A stretch of 64,000 nucleotides of DNA, taken from positions 195-64,194 of the forward strand of contig JAJYNJ010000080.1 in assembly GCA_021786385.1 (NCBI GenBank), written 5' to 3'. Below the pieces are notes generated by a model, which did not search any database, was not told the origin of the DNA, and saw nothing but the letters and a program-made list of their open reading frames with translations. This stretch comes from Chloroflexota bacterium (GTDB taxonomy: Bacteria; Chloroflexota; Limnocylindria; Limnocylindrales; CSP1-4). The translations under genes and the position numbers were made by a program. The first letter of the stretch is position 1. Each line of letters opens with the position of its first letter. This document shows positions 52,569 to 63,109 of this stretch, one piece after another.

Positions 52569-53506
52569 CCCGTCTGCGGATCCCACCCCCCAGCCTGACC
52601 GACCTTGGACGACAGCGGCCGCCCGAGCACGGCGGCGATGAAGCGGGCCGCATCGAGCAGCCGCGGCAGGTCGACTCCGTGGCCGAACCCGAGGCCGTCG
52701 AGTAGGTAGACTAGGTCCTCGGTCGCCAGGTTGCCGGCCGCGCCGGGGGCGTACGGGCACCCGCCGGTGCCCCCCGTCGACGCGTCGAAGCAGCGGACGC
52801 CCGCGTCGAGACCGGCCACCACGTTCGCCACCGCGGTCCCGCGCGTATCGTGGAAATGGAGCGCCACTCGCTCCATCGGGATCCCCGCCGCGGTGGCTCG
52901 CGCGAGCAGCGCTCGCACGTGCGACGGCACGGCGACACCGACCGTGTCCCCGAAGCAGACTTCGTCCACGCCGAGATCCAAGAGCCGCTCGGCGACGCGC
53001 ACCGCGCGCTCGGGCTCGACCCGCCCGGTGTAGGGACAGCCGAAGGCGGTCGAGACGTATCCGCGCCGCCACCAGCCGAGCCCACCCGCCCGCTCCAGCA
53101 CTGTGGCGAACGTTTCGAGCGAGGCGTCTACGCGCATCCCGATGTTGTGCTCCGCAAAGGCGTCCGTGGCTGCGGTGAAGACCGCGATCGCGTCGGCTCC
53201 GGCGCTCGCGGCCCGTTCGAGACCGCGCAGGTTCGGCACGAGAACCGGATAGCGGACGCCCCGGCGGCGCGGCAGGAGGGGCAGCAGCGCATCGGCATCC
53301 GCGAGCTGCGGCACCGCCCGGAGTGCCACGAAGCTCGTGGCCTCGATCTCACGAAGCCCGGCCGCGACCAGCAATTCGATGAAACGGCGCTTCTCCACGG
53401 TCGGGACAGGCCGCGCCTCGTTCTGCAGGCCGTCGCGCGGTCCCACCTCGTAGATGCGGACGTATTCGCGACCCAGGTTCCCGCCGGGGCCGTCGGAGGC
53501 GCTCAT
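52538..53506 (-). CDS. Hydroxymethylglutaryl-CoA lyase
   Basis: HMGL family: EVGPRDGLQNE at the N-terminus, the catalytic Cys region GCPY, and HFHDTRG. 322 aa. Confidence 0.85.
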   Translation of the reverse strand: MSASDGPGGNLGREYVRIYEVGPRDGLQNEARPVPTVEKRRFIELLVAAGLREIEATSFVALRAVPQLADADALLPLLPRRRGVRYPVLVPNLRGLERAASAGADAIAVFTAATDAFAEHNIGMRVDASLETFATVLERAGGLGWWRRGYVSTAFGCPYTGRVEPERAVRVAERLLDLGVDEVCFGDTVGVAVPSHVRALLARATAAGIPMERVALHFHDTRGTAVANVVAGLDAGVRCFDASTGGTGGCPYAPGAAGNLATEDLVYLLDGLGFGHGVDLPRLLDAARFIAAVLGRPLSSKVGQAGGWDPQTGQPVGRGSEG

Positions 53507-55509
53507 CGCTCGCGGCCTGTGGCCCGTCGCGCCGCTCGCGTCGGCCGACCCGACCCGATCACGCGGCCGTCCGACGTCGCGCCGCCCCGCGCGTCCCTGC
53601 CCGCGCCGTGGCCATCGTCCGCCGTCGCGCCGCCCTGGGCGCCGATCACGGCCAGCAACTGCCCCCCGCTCACCTGGTCGCCGGGCCGCACGAGTAGGTC
53701 CGTCACGATTCCCGGCCGAGGGGCCGTCACGACCTGCTCCATCTTCATCGCCTCGAGAGTCGCGATCGGGTCGCCCGACGCCACCGCCGAGGACTCGGCG
53801 ACGTGGACCGCGAGCACGCGTCCCGGCATGGGCGCAGCCACCTCCGACCCGCTTCCAGGTCCGCGTTGCCCCGCCTGTCGCGCGGCGAGGTCGACCTCGG
53901 GCGCCGGCGCGATCCGACATGGCACGCTGCACCCCGCGAGGTCGAGGTGGACCGTGCCGTCGGCCAGTATGCAGGGGACGTCGGGCACCGGGTCCCCGTG
54001 CGGCCGCCCCACGTCCCGGGCCGGGAGCCGCACCATCCGCTCGTCTGTGCCGCAGCGCAGCCGCACCGCCGGGGGAGCGTTGAGACGCCAGCCCCCGCGC
54101 CAGGGATCTCCCGCGCGTGTCGCGGCAGCCTCCTCCAGCAGGAGCCGCGCGGCCAGCTGCCACGCGGCCTCCGGGATGTGGGGTGGCCCCCAGTCCTCGG
54201 GCGGCGGCCAGTAGCGTTCGAGTGTGTCGGTGCGGGCCACTCCTTCGCGGACCAGCGGCGAACGCACCAGCCAGCGTAGGAAGCGCAGGTTCGTCGTCAG
54301 CCCGAGCACCCGGGTCGCGTCGAGCGCGTCGGCCAGCCGGCCCAGCGCCTCGTCCCGGCCGCGACCCCAGACCGCGATCTTGGCGAGCAGCGGGTCGAAA
54401 CGGCCGGTCACCTCGTCGCCGACCGCGATCCCGGGCTCCACGCGGACGTGCGGGCCCCGCGGCCAGCCGATGGCTTCGACGCGTCCCGTGGCCGGGAGGA
54501 AGCCGGCCGCGGGATCCTCCGCGTAGAGCCGTACCTCAACGGCATGCCCGGCGAGCTCGACGTCGCGCTGTGCGATGCCGAGCCGTTCGCCGACGGCGAT
54601 GCGAAGCTGGTCCGCGACCAGGTCGCGTCCGGTCACGAGCTCGGTCACTGGATGCTCGACCTGCAGGCGCGTGTTCATCTCGAGGAACCACCACGCGCCG
54701 GAGTCGTCCACCAGGAACTCGCACGTGCCGGCCGACGTGTACCCGACTGCGGCGGCGAGTCGCAGCGCCGCAGTCGCGAGCGCTTCCCGCAGCGACCCGT
54801 GGACCGTGGGCCCCGGCGCCTCCTCGAGCACTTTCTGGAAGCGCCGCTGGACGGAGCAGTCGCGCTCGCCGAGGTGGATGGCGGCGCCGAAGCCATCGGC
54901 GAGCAGCTGGATCTCCACGTGACGTGCCGGTGCCACGTGGCGTTCGAGGAGCAGCCGCTCGTCGCCGAACGCGGTCTGCGCCTCCCGCCGTGCCGCGGCC
55001 ACGGCCGCTCCCAGTTCCGCCGGCCCGCGCACGATGTGCATCCCCTTGCCACCACCGCCGCCCGCCGGCTTGACGAGCAGCGGCAGGCCGATGCGGACGG
55101 CCTCCTCCAGCAGCGTCGCGTCCGACTGGTCATCGCCGTCGTAGCCCGGCAGGACCGGGATGCCGAGCGACGCCGCAAGGCGCCGGGCGCCGGCCTTGTC
55201 GCCCATCGCCCGGATGGCATCTGGCGGTGGCCCCACCCAGCGCAACCCTGCTGCGAGGACCGCCTCCGCGAACGCGGCCTGCTCGGAGAGGAAGCCGTAG
55301 CCGGGGTGGAGGGCATCCGCCCCTACCTGCAGTGCCGCGCCGACGACCGCCGCAGGGTCGAGCAAGTCGAGCCCTGGATCGACGTCGCGGTGAGGCAGCA
55401 CCGCGTCGATTCCCAGCCGTCTGCAGGTCCGTTCGATGCGGGCCGCGATCTCGCCGCGGTTCGCGATGAACAGGACGCGAAGCGGGCCGGCCGCGGTCCG
55501 AGCGCTCAC
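53503..55509 (-). CDS. mccA: 3-methylcrotonyl-CoA carboxylase alpha subunit (biotin carboxylase plus BCCP)
   Basis: Biotin carboxylase ATP-grasp (…EMNTRLQVEHPVTE…) and a C-terminal biotinyl domain (EAMKME). GTG start near 55509. The stop overlaps the lyase start. Confidence 0.85.
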   Translation of the reverse strand: MSARTAAGPLRVLFIANRGEIAARIERTCRRLGIDAVLPHRDVDPGLDLLDPAAVVGAALQVGADALHPGYGFLSEQAAFAEAVLAAGLRWVGPPPDAIRAMGDKAGARRLAASLGIPVLPGYDGDDQSDATLLEEAVRIGLPLLVKPAGGGGGKGMHIVRGPAELGAAVAAARREAQTAFGDERLLLERHVAPARHVEIQLLADGFGAAIHLGERDCSVQRRFQKVLEEAPGPTVHGSLREALATAALRLAAAVGYTSAGTCEFLVDDSGAWWFLEMNTRLQVEHPVTELVTGRDLVADQLRIAVGERLGIAQRDVELAGHAVEVRLYAEDPAAGFLPATGRVEAIGWPRGPHVRVEPGIAVGDEVTGRFDPLLAKIAVWGRGRDEALGRLADALDATRVLGLTTNLRFLRWLVRSPLVREGVARTDTLERYWPPPEDWGPPHIPEAAWQLAARLLLEEAAATRAGDPWRGGWRLNAPPAVRLRCGTDERMVRLPARDVGRPHGDPVPDVPCILADGTVHLDLAGCSVPCRIAPAPEVDLAARQAGQRGPGSGSEVAAPMPGRVLAVHVAESSAVASGDPIATLEAMKMEQVVTAPRPGIVTDLLVRPGDQVSGGQLLAVIGAQGGATADDGHGAGRDARGGATSDGRVIGSGRPTRAARRATGRER

Positions 55510-55538
55510 CACGCCCCCATGGTAGCGGTGGGCGCCAG

Positions 55539-55808
55539 TCAGCCCTCCTGGTGCCGGTACCGCCGTGCCACCGAGATCGTCGCGATCCCCACCACCAGGG
55601 CCACCGAGTTCGAGACCACCAGCGCCGGGTTCCGGATCGAGAACCCGTACGCCGCCCAGAGCAGGAAGCCGACCAACAGGACGGACAGATACCCGATCGA
55701 AACGTCCGCCGACGATCGTCGTTGGACCATGCGTCTGATCTGGAGCAATGGGCTGATGCCCATGAGCACGCCCCAGGCCGTCGCCACGACGGCAAGCGCA
55801 TCCATCAT
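55539..55808 (-). CDS. SemiSWEET / PQ-loop small membrane transporter
   Basis: ~90 aa with 3 TMs and the PQ-loop motif (ISPLLQIRRMVQRRSSADVS). It is embedded between mccB and mccA. Confidence 0.6.
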   Translation of the reverse strand: MMDALAVVATAWGVLMGISPLLQIRRMVQRRSSADVSIGYLSVLLVGFLLWAAYGFSIRNPALVVSNSVALVVGIATISVARRYRHQEG

Positions 55809-56021
55809 GTCTCTCCCGCAAACACGACTGCGCTCTGGCGAACGGACCACGCTCACTGGATGCCAGGAGGAGCGCACGCGCGGCGATCACGATTGTACGA
55901 AGCGGCTGTCCGAAGCGGTGCCTGAAGAAGCGCCATCGGCCCGCCGCCTGCGCCCCTGGCGCCCGCGCGGCCGGGCCTCGGCTGGATGCAACGAGGCTCG
56001 GCCAGCTGAGTCGAGCCTTGG

Positions 56022-57671
56022 CTACATGCGGAAGACGCCGAAGCGAGTCTCAGGGATCGGTGCGTGGAGCGCGGCCTCGATCCCCAGGGCCAGCAGACGC
56101 CGGGTGTCGAGCGGGTCGATCACGCCGTCGTCCCAGAGGCGGGCGGTCGCGTACCAGGGCGACCCCTCGCGCTCGTAGGCGTCCAGGATCGGGGTCTCGA
56201 ACGCCGCCCGATCCGCTTCGGACGGCCAGCGTCCTCCCGGCAGCGACGCTTCCCGCACCGTGGAGAGCACGCGCGCCGCCTGCTGGCCGCCCATCACGCT
56301 GATCCGGCTGTTCGGCCAAGACCAGAGGAAGCGCGGCTGGTAGGCGCGCCCCGCCATCGCGTAGTTGCCGGCGCCGAAGCTCCCCCCGACCAGCACGGTG
56401 AACTTCGGCACCTCGGCGCACGCCACGGCCATCACGAGCTTCGCGCCGTGCTTGGCGATCCCGCCGGCCTCGTACTCGCGGCCGACCATGAAGCCGGCGA
56501 TGTTCTGCAGGAAGACCAGCGGCACGCGGCGCTGCACCGCCAGCTCGATGAAGTGCGCCCCCTTCAACGCCGACTCGCTGAAGAGGATGCCGTCGTTGGC
56601 GAGGATCGCGACCGGATAGCCTTCCACGTGCGCGAACCCGCAGACGAGGGTCGCGCCGTAGAGCGGCTTGAACTCGTGGAAACGGCTGCCGTCGACGAGC
56701 CGCGCGATCACCTCGCGAGCATCCAGCCGGCCCCGGCGCAGGTCGCTCGGGATCACGTCATAGAGGCCGGCGGAGCCGTCGCTCCCATCCGATCCGACCG
56801 CCGGAGGCAGCGGCGCCAGGCGCTCCCACGGAGGGTCGGGTGCGGGGCGGGCAAGGTTGCGCACGATCGATCGGCCGAGCGCGAGCGCGTGCTCGTCGTC
56901 AAGCGCCTCGTAGTCCGCCACGCCGCTGACTCGGGCGTGCACCTCCGCGCCGCCCAGCTCCTCGGCCGAGACGTTCTCGCCCGTCGCCGCCTTCACCAGC
57001 GGGGGCCCGCCCAGGAAGATCGTGCCCGTCCCGCGCACGATCACCGTCTCGTCGCTCATCGCCGGCACGTATGCGCCGCCCGCGGTGCAGCTGCCCATCA
57101 CGAGCGCGATCTGTGGGATGCCGAGCGCCGACATGCGGGCCTGGTTGTAGAAGATGCGGCCGAAATGGTCGCGGTCCGGGAAGACCTCGGCCTGCAGCGG
57201 CAGGTAGGCCCCGCCCGAGTCGACCAGATAGAGGCAGGGCAGGCGGTTTTCGAGAGCGATCTCCTGCGCGCGGAGGTGCTTGCGGACTGTGAGCGGATAG
57301 TAGGTGCCGCCCTTCACCGTCGCGTCGTTGGCGATCACGACGCAGGTGGTGCTCTCGATCCGCCCGATTCCCGTGACGATACCGGCCGACGGGACCGCTT
57401 CGTCGTAGACACCGTCGGCGGCGAGCGGGCTCAGCTCGAGGAACGCGCTGCCCGGGTCCAGCAGCCGGTCGATGCGCTCCCGGACCGGCAGTTTCCCCCG
57501 GGCACGGTGGCGCTCGATCGACGCCTCGTCGCCCCCGGCTCCGCGGCCCGCCACGGCTTCCTGGCGCGCCCTCAGCTCGGCCACCAGGGCCTCCATCGCG
57601 GCGCGGTTCGCCTGAGCCTCCGGGCTCTGGGGATCGGCGCGACTGCGTAGCACGGGCATGCTGCGGATCAT
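56022..57671 (-). CDS. mccB: Methylcrotonyl-CoA carboxylase beta subunit (carboxyltransferase)
   Basis: Acyl-CoA carboxyltransferase alpha/beta domains with the MccB-like N-terminus (…[18 protein letters not shown]…). 549 aa. Confidence 0.85.
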   Translation of the reverse strand: MIRSMPVLRSRADPQSPEAQANRAAMEALVAELRARQEAVAGRGAGGDEASIERHRARGKLPVRERIDRLLDPGSAFLELSPLAADGVYDEAVPSAGIVTGIGRIESTTCVVIANDATVKGGTYYPLTVRKHLRAQEIALENRLPCLYLVDSGGAYLPLQAEVFPDRDHFGRIFYNQARMSALGIPQIALVMGSCTAGGAYVPAMSDETVIVRGTGTIFLGGPPLVKAATGENVSAEELGGAEVHARVSGVADYEALDDEHALALGRSIVRNLARPAPDPPWERLAPLPPAVGSDGSDGSAGLYDVIPSDLRRGRLDAREVIARLVDGSRFHEFKPLYGATLVCGFAHVEGYPVAILANDGILFSESALKGAHFIELAVQRRVPLVFLQNIAGFMVGREYEAGGIAKHGAKLVMAVACAEVPKFTVLVGGSFGAGNYAMAGRAYQPRFLWSWPNSRISVMGGQQAARVLSTVREASLPGGRWPSEADRAAFETPILDAYEREGSPWYATARLWDDGVIDPLDTRRLLALGIEAALHAPIPETRFGVFRM

Positions 57672-57893
57672 AGCCCGGCGTCGTCCCGCGATCGCGCGGT
57701 GACCGACTGGATGTCTCGGCGGCCCCGCCGGGGTGCCGAGACAGCTGGCGTATCGAGCCTGACACTTCGTGATTCGTGGTCATCAAGCCATAGTCATGTG
57801 CAAAACGAGGCTGGGCCAGCTAGGATGCGCGAAAGTCGTCGTGAACGTGCCCGAGGTCTGTGTCGCGCCCGCGGGGAACGCAGGAGAGGTGTC

Positions 57894-59111
57894 ATGAAGG
57901 TGCTGCTGGTCGGAGCCGGGACCGTCGGCGAGTCGATCGCCAGACTCAGCGCGGGACGCCACTGGCTCGAGCGGATGGTCGTGGCCGACTACGACCTGGA
58001 CCGTGCACGCCGCGTGGCGGTTGCCGCCGGCGGCGAGCCCACCTTCAGCGCCGCCCAGATCGACGCCTCCGACCGCGCTCAGGTGGCTGGGCTCGCGACG
58101 CAACACGGCGTGGACTTGGTGCTGAACGCCGTCGACCCGCGCTTCGTGATGCCCATCTTCGACGGCGCGTTCGAGGCAGGGGTCGACTACATGGACATGG
58201 CCACGAGCCTCTCGGTCCCGCACCCGACCGACCCGTACCACCAGACGGGCGTGAAGCTGGGCGACGAGCAGTTCGCCCGCGCTGCAGCCTGGCGCGACCG
58301 GGGCCGCCTTGCGTTGGTCGGCATGGGGATGGATCCGGGTCTCTCGGACGTCTTTGCCGCGTATGCGGCAAAGCACCTCTTCGACACGGTCGAGACGGTC
58401 GACGTGCGCGACGGCGGCGATCTGCGCATCGAAGGCTACCCGTTCGCGACGGTCTTCTCGATCTGGACGACGATCGAGGAGTGCCTGAACCCGCCGGTGA
58501 TCTGGGAGCGCGAGCGCGGCTGGTATACGGTGGAGCCGTTCGCCGAGCCCGAGCTCTTCGCGTTCCCCGAGGGGGTCGGCCCCGTGGAGTGCGTCCACGT
58601 CGAGCACGAAGAGGTGCTGCTGGTCCCGCGCTGGATCGATTGCCGCCGGGTCACGTTCAAGTACGCGCTGGGAGCCGAGTTCATCGACACGCTGCGCAAG
58701 CTGCATGCGCTCGGGCTCGACAGCAAGGAGCCAGTGCGCGTCAAGGGCGTAGCGGTCGCACCGCGCGACGTGGTCGCGGCGGTGACGCCCGACCCGGCCA
58801 CGATCGGCGACCGGATGGTCGGCAGGGCGATCGTCGGAACGCTCGTGTCGGGTGTGCGGGGCGGGCGGCCGCGCGAGGTCTATCTGTACCAGGCGTCCGA
58901 TGCGCAGGAGACGATGCGGCGCTTCGGGCTGCAGGTGGTCGGATACCAGACCGGATTCAACCCGGTCCTGGCGATGGAGCTGCTGGCCGAGGGTGCCTGG
59001 CACGGCGAGGGCGTGTTGGGACCGGAGGCGTTCGACCCCGACCCGTACGTAGCACTCCTGGACCGGTACGGCATCCATCACGCGATCGAGGAACGGGCAG
59101 ACCGCGCCTGA
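57894..59111 (+). CDS. Saccharopine dehydrogenase NADP-binding family protein
   Basis: ATG with AGGAGAGG upstream. Rossmann N-terminus MKVLLVGAGTVGESIA. Sacchrp_dh family. Confidence 0.75.
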   Translation: MKVLLVGAGTVGESIARLSAGRHWLERMVVADYDLDRARRVAVAAGGEPTFSAAQIDASDRAQVAGLATQHGVDLVLNAVDPRFVMPIFDGAFEAGVDYMDMATSLSVPHPTDPYHQTGVKLGDEQFARAAAWRDRGRLALVGMGMDPGLSDVFAAYAAKHLFDTVETVDVRDGGDLRIEGYPFATVFSIWTTIEECLNPPVIWERERGWYTVEPFAEPELFAFPEGVGPVECVHVEHEEVLLVPRWIDCRRVTFKYALGAEFIDTLRKLHALGLDSKEPVRVKGVAVAPRDVVAAVTPDPATIGDRMVGRAIVGTLVSGVRGGRPREVYLYQASDAQETMRRFGLQVVGYQTGFNPVLAMELLAEGAWHGEGVLGPEAFDPDPYVALLDRYGIHHAIEERADRA

Positions 59112-59442
59112 CGTCGGCCCGGCGCCGTGCGCCGGCGCCCGCCCCCCGTGCCTGCCCGTGTGCCCGACCCCGTGCCCGTCCCCCTGCGGAGCCGTGGGTC
59201 GGCGGGCACGGGGTCGTGCCGCACGGCCGTTCGCGGAGCAGCCTTTTTCCCCGGCCAGTGCCGCCATCCGGCACTTCTGGCTCGCCGCCCTGGGTCCCTT
59301 GCTGCAGCCGCGCCCCGGCAGAACGATGACGGCGATTGCGATGGCCAGGCCGAGGGGGCGGGGCGCGGGCTGACGGCGACCGCCGCCGGGCTGCCTCCCG
59401 CTGCGGGCCGACGCCCGTTGTCGAAGAGATGGGAGGTTGCCG

Positions 59443-60033
59443 GTGACCCAGGACCAGCTGGCCCCACCAGCGGTCGCCGATCCGGGTCGGGGGTTCCTCG
59501 CGGAAGTGGTCGCCCGCGCGGGAACGGCCGCGCGGCTCGAGCTGTGCATCCAGTGCGGCGTCTGCGGCGGCTCGTGCCCATCGGCGGACGAGATGGACCA
59601 GACGCCGCGGACTCTCTTCGCGATGATCCGCGCGGGCATGCGGGAGCACGTCCTGCGCAGCACCACGCCGTGGCTGTGCGTCTCCTGTTACCGCTGCACG
59701 GTTCGCTGTCCCCAGGGCGTACAGGTGACGGACGTGATGTACGCGCTGAAGGCGATGGCGGTGGCGCAACACACGTACCTGAACGCAACCGCCGCGGACT
59801 TCTCCCGAGCCTTCGTCTGGAACGTCGAGACGTTCGGACGGAGCTTCGAGGCGGGTCTCAGCGCCCGCCACTATCTGCGCCACTACCTGACGCGGCTCCC
59901 GGCGGTGGCTCCGATGGGGATCGGCATGCTGCGCAGTCGCCGCCTGAGGCTCCTGCCTCCACGGCGGATCCGCGGCATCGCTGACCTGCGGCGGATCCTG
60001 GTCTGCGCCAAGGCGCTGGAGGCTGCGGCGTGA
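59443..60033 (+). CDS. hdrC: Heterodisulfide reductase subunit C-like 4Fe-4S protein (HdrC)
   Basis: Two CxxCxxCxxxCP ferredoxin motifs (CIQCGVCGGSCP, CVSCYRCTVRCP). GTG with GGGAGG 6 nt upstream (a TTG at 59437 is also possible). Confidence 0.8.
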   Translation: MTQDQLAPPAVADPGRGFLAEVVARAGTAARLELCIQCGVCGGSCPSADEMDQTPRTLFAMIRAGMREHVLRSTTPWLCVSCYRCTVRCPQGVQVTDVMYALKAMAVAQHTYLNATAADFSRAFVWNVETFGRSFEAGLSARHYLRHYLTRLPAVAPMGIGMLRSRRLRLLPPRRIRGIADLRRILVCAKALEAAA

Positions 60034-61025
60034 CCAGATACCTGTACTACCCGGGCTGCTCGATGGAGAGCAACGCTCGTGCGTATCGTGACTCGCTGGC
60101 GGCGATTGCCGGGCCGCTGGGGATCGACCTGCGCGAGATCGACGACTGGAACTGCTGCGGAGCGACCGAGTACCTCGGCCTGAGCCGGCTCCCGGCCTAC
60201 GCCCTGATTGCCCGCAACCTCGCGCTCGCCGAACAGGTGCGCGACGGCTCGGAGGTCCTCGTCGCGTCCTGTAGCGCCTGCTTCCTCAACCTGTCCAAGG
60301 CCAACCATGCCATGGCCGAGAGCGCGGCGTTCAGCGCCCAGGTCAACGAGGCGCTCGCCGCCGGCGGTCTGCACTACACCCCCGACGCCGTCAAGGTGCG
60401 GCACCTCCTCGACGTGATCGTCCGTGAGGTCGGGCTCGATGCCGTGCGCCGCCGGGTGACGCGGCGCCTGTGCGGGCTCAAGCTGGCTCCGTACCTCGGC
60501 TGCATGGTGCCACGGCCCGACTACGACGGACGCTGGACCGACCGCGAGCGGCCGAGCGAACTCGATCGCCTGCTCGTCGCGCTCGGCGCGGAGGTCGTGG
60601 ACTACCCGCTCAAGACCGAGTGCTGTGGTGGGCACATGACCCAGATCGGCCCGGAGACGGCCTTTGCGATGATCCGGCGCTTGGTAGACGGGGCGGAACG
60701 AGCTGACGCCGACCTGATGGTCACGGTGTGCCCGATGTGCCAGATGAACATCGACGCGTTCCAGCAAGAGATGAACGCGCATTTCCGGACCAGCTACCAG
60801 ATGCCGATCGTCTTCTTCACCCAAGTGATCCGCCTGGCGTTCGGCATCGCGCCCGAGGCCCTTGGCTTCGGACGGGAGCTGGTCGACGCGCGGCCCGCCC
60901 TGGCGCACATCTCGGATGCGCCTGCGCCGCCACCCGAACCGGCCCGGGTGCGGCGTCCGCCGCGTCCCAAGGGCCCGGCGCTGCCGATGCCGGTGATGCC
61001 CGAGCGCGGGGACGGAGCAACATGA
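60030..61025 (+). CDS. hdrB: Heterodisulfide reductase subunit B-like (two CCG domains)
   Basis: CCG-domain cysteine signatures (NCCGATEYLG, …ECCGGHM…, VCPMCQMN). Overlapping coupling to hdrC and hdrA. Confidence 0.85.
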   Translation: MTRYLYYPGCSMESNARAYRDSLAAIAGPLGIDLREIDDWNCCGATEYLGLSRLPAYALIARNLALAEQVRDGSEVLVASCSACFLNLSKANHAMAESAAFSAQVNEALAAGGLHYTPDAVKVRHLLDVIVREVGLDAVRRRVTRRLCGLKLAPYLGCMVPRPDYDGRWTDRERPSELDRLLVALGAEVVDYPLKTECCGGHMTQIGPETAFAMIRRLVDGAERADADLMVTVCPMCQMNIDAFQQEMNAHFRTSYQMPIVFFTQVIRLAFGIAPEALGFGRELVDARPALAHISDAPAPPPEPARVRRPPRPKGPALPMPVMPERGDGAT

Positions 61026-63109
61026 CCCACGCTGGCAACGGGGGACCTCGCCCCGAGACCGCGTCCGCGGCGGCCGGCGACCCGCGGATCGGCGTATACG
61101 TCTGCCACTGCGGCAGCAACATCGCGGGGACGGTTGACGTCGCGGCGGTACGTGACTGGGCCGCCACGCAGCTGCGGTCACGTGGCGTGGTGGTGGCCCA
61201 GGACTACCGCTTCATGTGCTCCAGCCTGGGCCAGGAGCTGATCGAGCGGGAGATCCGGGAAAAGGGCATCAACCGCGTGGTGGTGGCGGCCTGTTCACCG
61301 CACCTGCACGAGGGCACGTTCCGCACGGCCTGCGAACACGCCGGCCTGAACCCCTACCTTTGCGAGCTCGTCTCGATCCGCGAGCAAGATTCGTGGGTCC
61401 ACGCGGATCGCGCCGCGGCGACGGAGAAAGCGAAGGCGATCGTCGCGGGCGGTGTCGAGCGCGTCCGGCACGATGCGGAGTTGGTGCCGCTGCGGGTCCC
61501 CATCCATCCGGCCACGCTGGTCGTGGGCGGGGGGATCGGTGGCATCTCCGCCGCCCTGGAGCTCGCCAACGCCGGCTATCCCGTCTATCTCGTCGAGCGC
61601 GAGCCGTCGCTGGGCGGACACATGGCGCAGTTCGACAAGACGTTTCCGACGCTCGACTGCTCCGCCTGCATCCTGACCCCGCGCATGGTGGAAGCGGGCA
61701 GCCACCCCAACATCACGCTCCTGACCTACAGCGAGGTCGAGCGCGTCGAGGGGTACGTGGGCAACTTCACGGTGACGATCCGCCGGCGCGCGCGCCAGGT
61801 GGACGAATCGCTCTGCACCGGCTGCGGCATCTGTTGGGAGAAGTGCCCCGTCGCCGTGATCGACACGCAGTTCGAGGCGGGGCTGGGGTACCGCAAGGCC
61901 ATCTACGTGCCGTTCCCCCAGGCGGTCCCCAAATTCCCCGTGATCGACCGCGACAACTGCACGTACTACGAGCGCGGGACGTGCCGGGCCTGCGAGAAGT
62001 TCTGCCCGCCGCAGGCAATCCGGTTCGACCAGGACGACGAGCTGCTCACGGTCGATGTGGGCGCCATCGTGCTGGCCACCGGTTTCAGGTTGTTCGACGC
62101 GCGGCGCGTCCCGCAGTACGGCTACGGCCGCCTGCCGAACGTCTTCTCCAGCCTCGAGTTCGAGCGCCTCTCCAACGCGGCGGGCCCGACGGGCGGCCGG
62201 GTGGTGCTGCGGGACGGGGTGACCGAGCCCCGGGCGGTGGGCATCGTGCACTGCGTCGGCAGTCGGGACCGCGCCTACAACTGGTACTGCTCGGCCATCT
62301 GCTGCATGCAGAGCTTGAAGTTTGCGCACCTGGTCAGAGAGCGCACCGGGGCGACCGTCTACGAGTGCTACATCGACATGCGCACGCCAGCCAAGGGGTA
62401 CGACGAGTTCTATCAGCGACTGATCGAGGAAGGCACGCTCTTCGTCCGCGGCAAGGTCGCTGCGATCAGCGAAGGAGGCCCCACGCCGGAGGAAGCGGGT
62501 CGGCTCGTGATCCAGGTGGAGGACACGCTCGTCGGCCGGCAGCGGCGCATCCCGGTCGACATGGTGATCCTCTCGAACGCGCTGGAGCCGCAGGCGGATG
62601 CCCGTGAGGTCGCCAAGCGTTTCGGTATCTCGTGCAGTCTCGATGGCTGGATGATCGAGCGTCACCCGAAGCTCGACCCGGTCGCCACGATGACCGAGGG
62701 CGTCTTCGTGGCGGGTGCCGCCCAGGGTCCCAAGGACATCCCGACCACGGTGGCCCAAGGCGCGGCGGCCGCGGCCCGCGTGCTCGGCCGGATCCAGCAG
62801 GGCGAGATGGCGCTCGAGCCGATCCGCGCCAGCGTCGATGCGGTGCGCTGCTCGGGCTGCCGCATCTGCAACAACCTCTGCCCCTTCAACGCCATCACGT
62901 TCGACGAGGACCGCATGAGCACCGAGATCAACCCGGCGCTCTGCCAGGGCTGCGGCACGTGCATCGCCGCCTGTCCGGCTGGGGCCATCAGCGGCACGGT
63001 CTTTGGGACCGCGCAGATCCTCTCGCAGATCGACGGGCTGCTCCTGCGGACCGCAGCGGCCACGGCGGAGCCGGCCGTCTCGGTCCAACTCGAAGGGGTG
63101 CCGGCATGA
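61022..63109 (+). CDS. hdrA: Heterodisulfide reductase subunit A-like FAD/Fe-S flavoprotein (HdrA)
   Basis: ATGA overlap with hdrB. FAD Rossmann (LVVGGGIGGISAALELA), multiple 4Fe-4S motifs (CTGCGICWEKCP, CSGCRICNNLCP, CQGCGTCIAACP), and the HdrA N-terminal CHCGSN cluster. Confidence 0.85.
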   Translation: MTHAGNGGPRPETASAAAGDPRIGVYVCHCGSNIAGTVDVAAVRDWAATQLRSRGVVVAQDYRFMCSSLGQELIEREIREKGINRVVVAACSPHLHEGTFRTACEHAGLNPYLCELVSIREQDSWVHADRAAATEKAKAIVAGGVERVRHDAELVPLRVPIHPATLVVGGGIGGISAALELANAGYPVYLVEREPSLGGHMAQFDKTFPTLDCSACILTPRMVEAGSHPNITLLTYSEVERVEGYVGNFTVTIRRRARQVDESLCTGCGICWEKCPVAVIDTQFEAGLGYRKAIYVPFPQAVPKFPVIDRDNCTYYERGTCRACEKFCPPQAIRFDQDDELLTVDVGAIVLATGFRLFDARRVPQYGYGRLPNVFSSLEFERLSNAAGPTGGRVVLRDGVTEPRAVGIVHCVGSRDRAYNWYCSAICCMQSLKFAHLVRERTGATVYECYIDMRTPAKGYDEFYQRLIEEGTLFVRGKVAAISEGGPTPEEAGRLVIQVEDTLVGRQRRIPVDMVILSNALEPQADAREVAKRFGISCSLDGWMIERHPKLDPVATMTEGVFVAGAAQGPKDIPTTVAQGAAAAARVLGRIQQGEMALEPIRASVDAVRCSGCRICNNLCPFNAITFDEDRMSTEINPALCQGCGTCIAACPAGAISGTVFGTAQILSQIDGLLLRTAAATAEPAVSVQLEGVPA

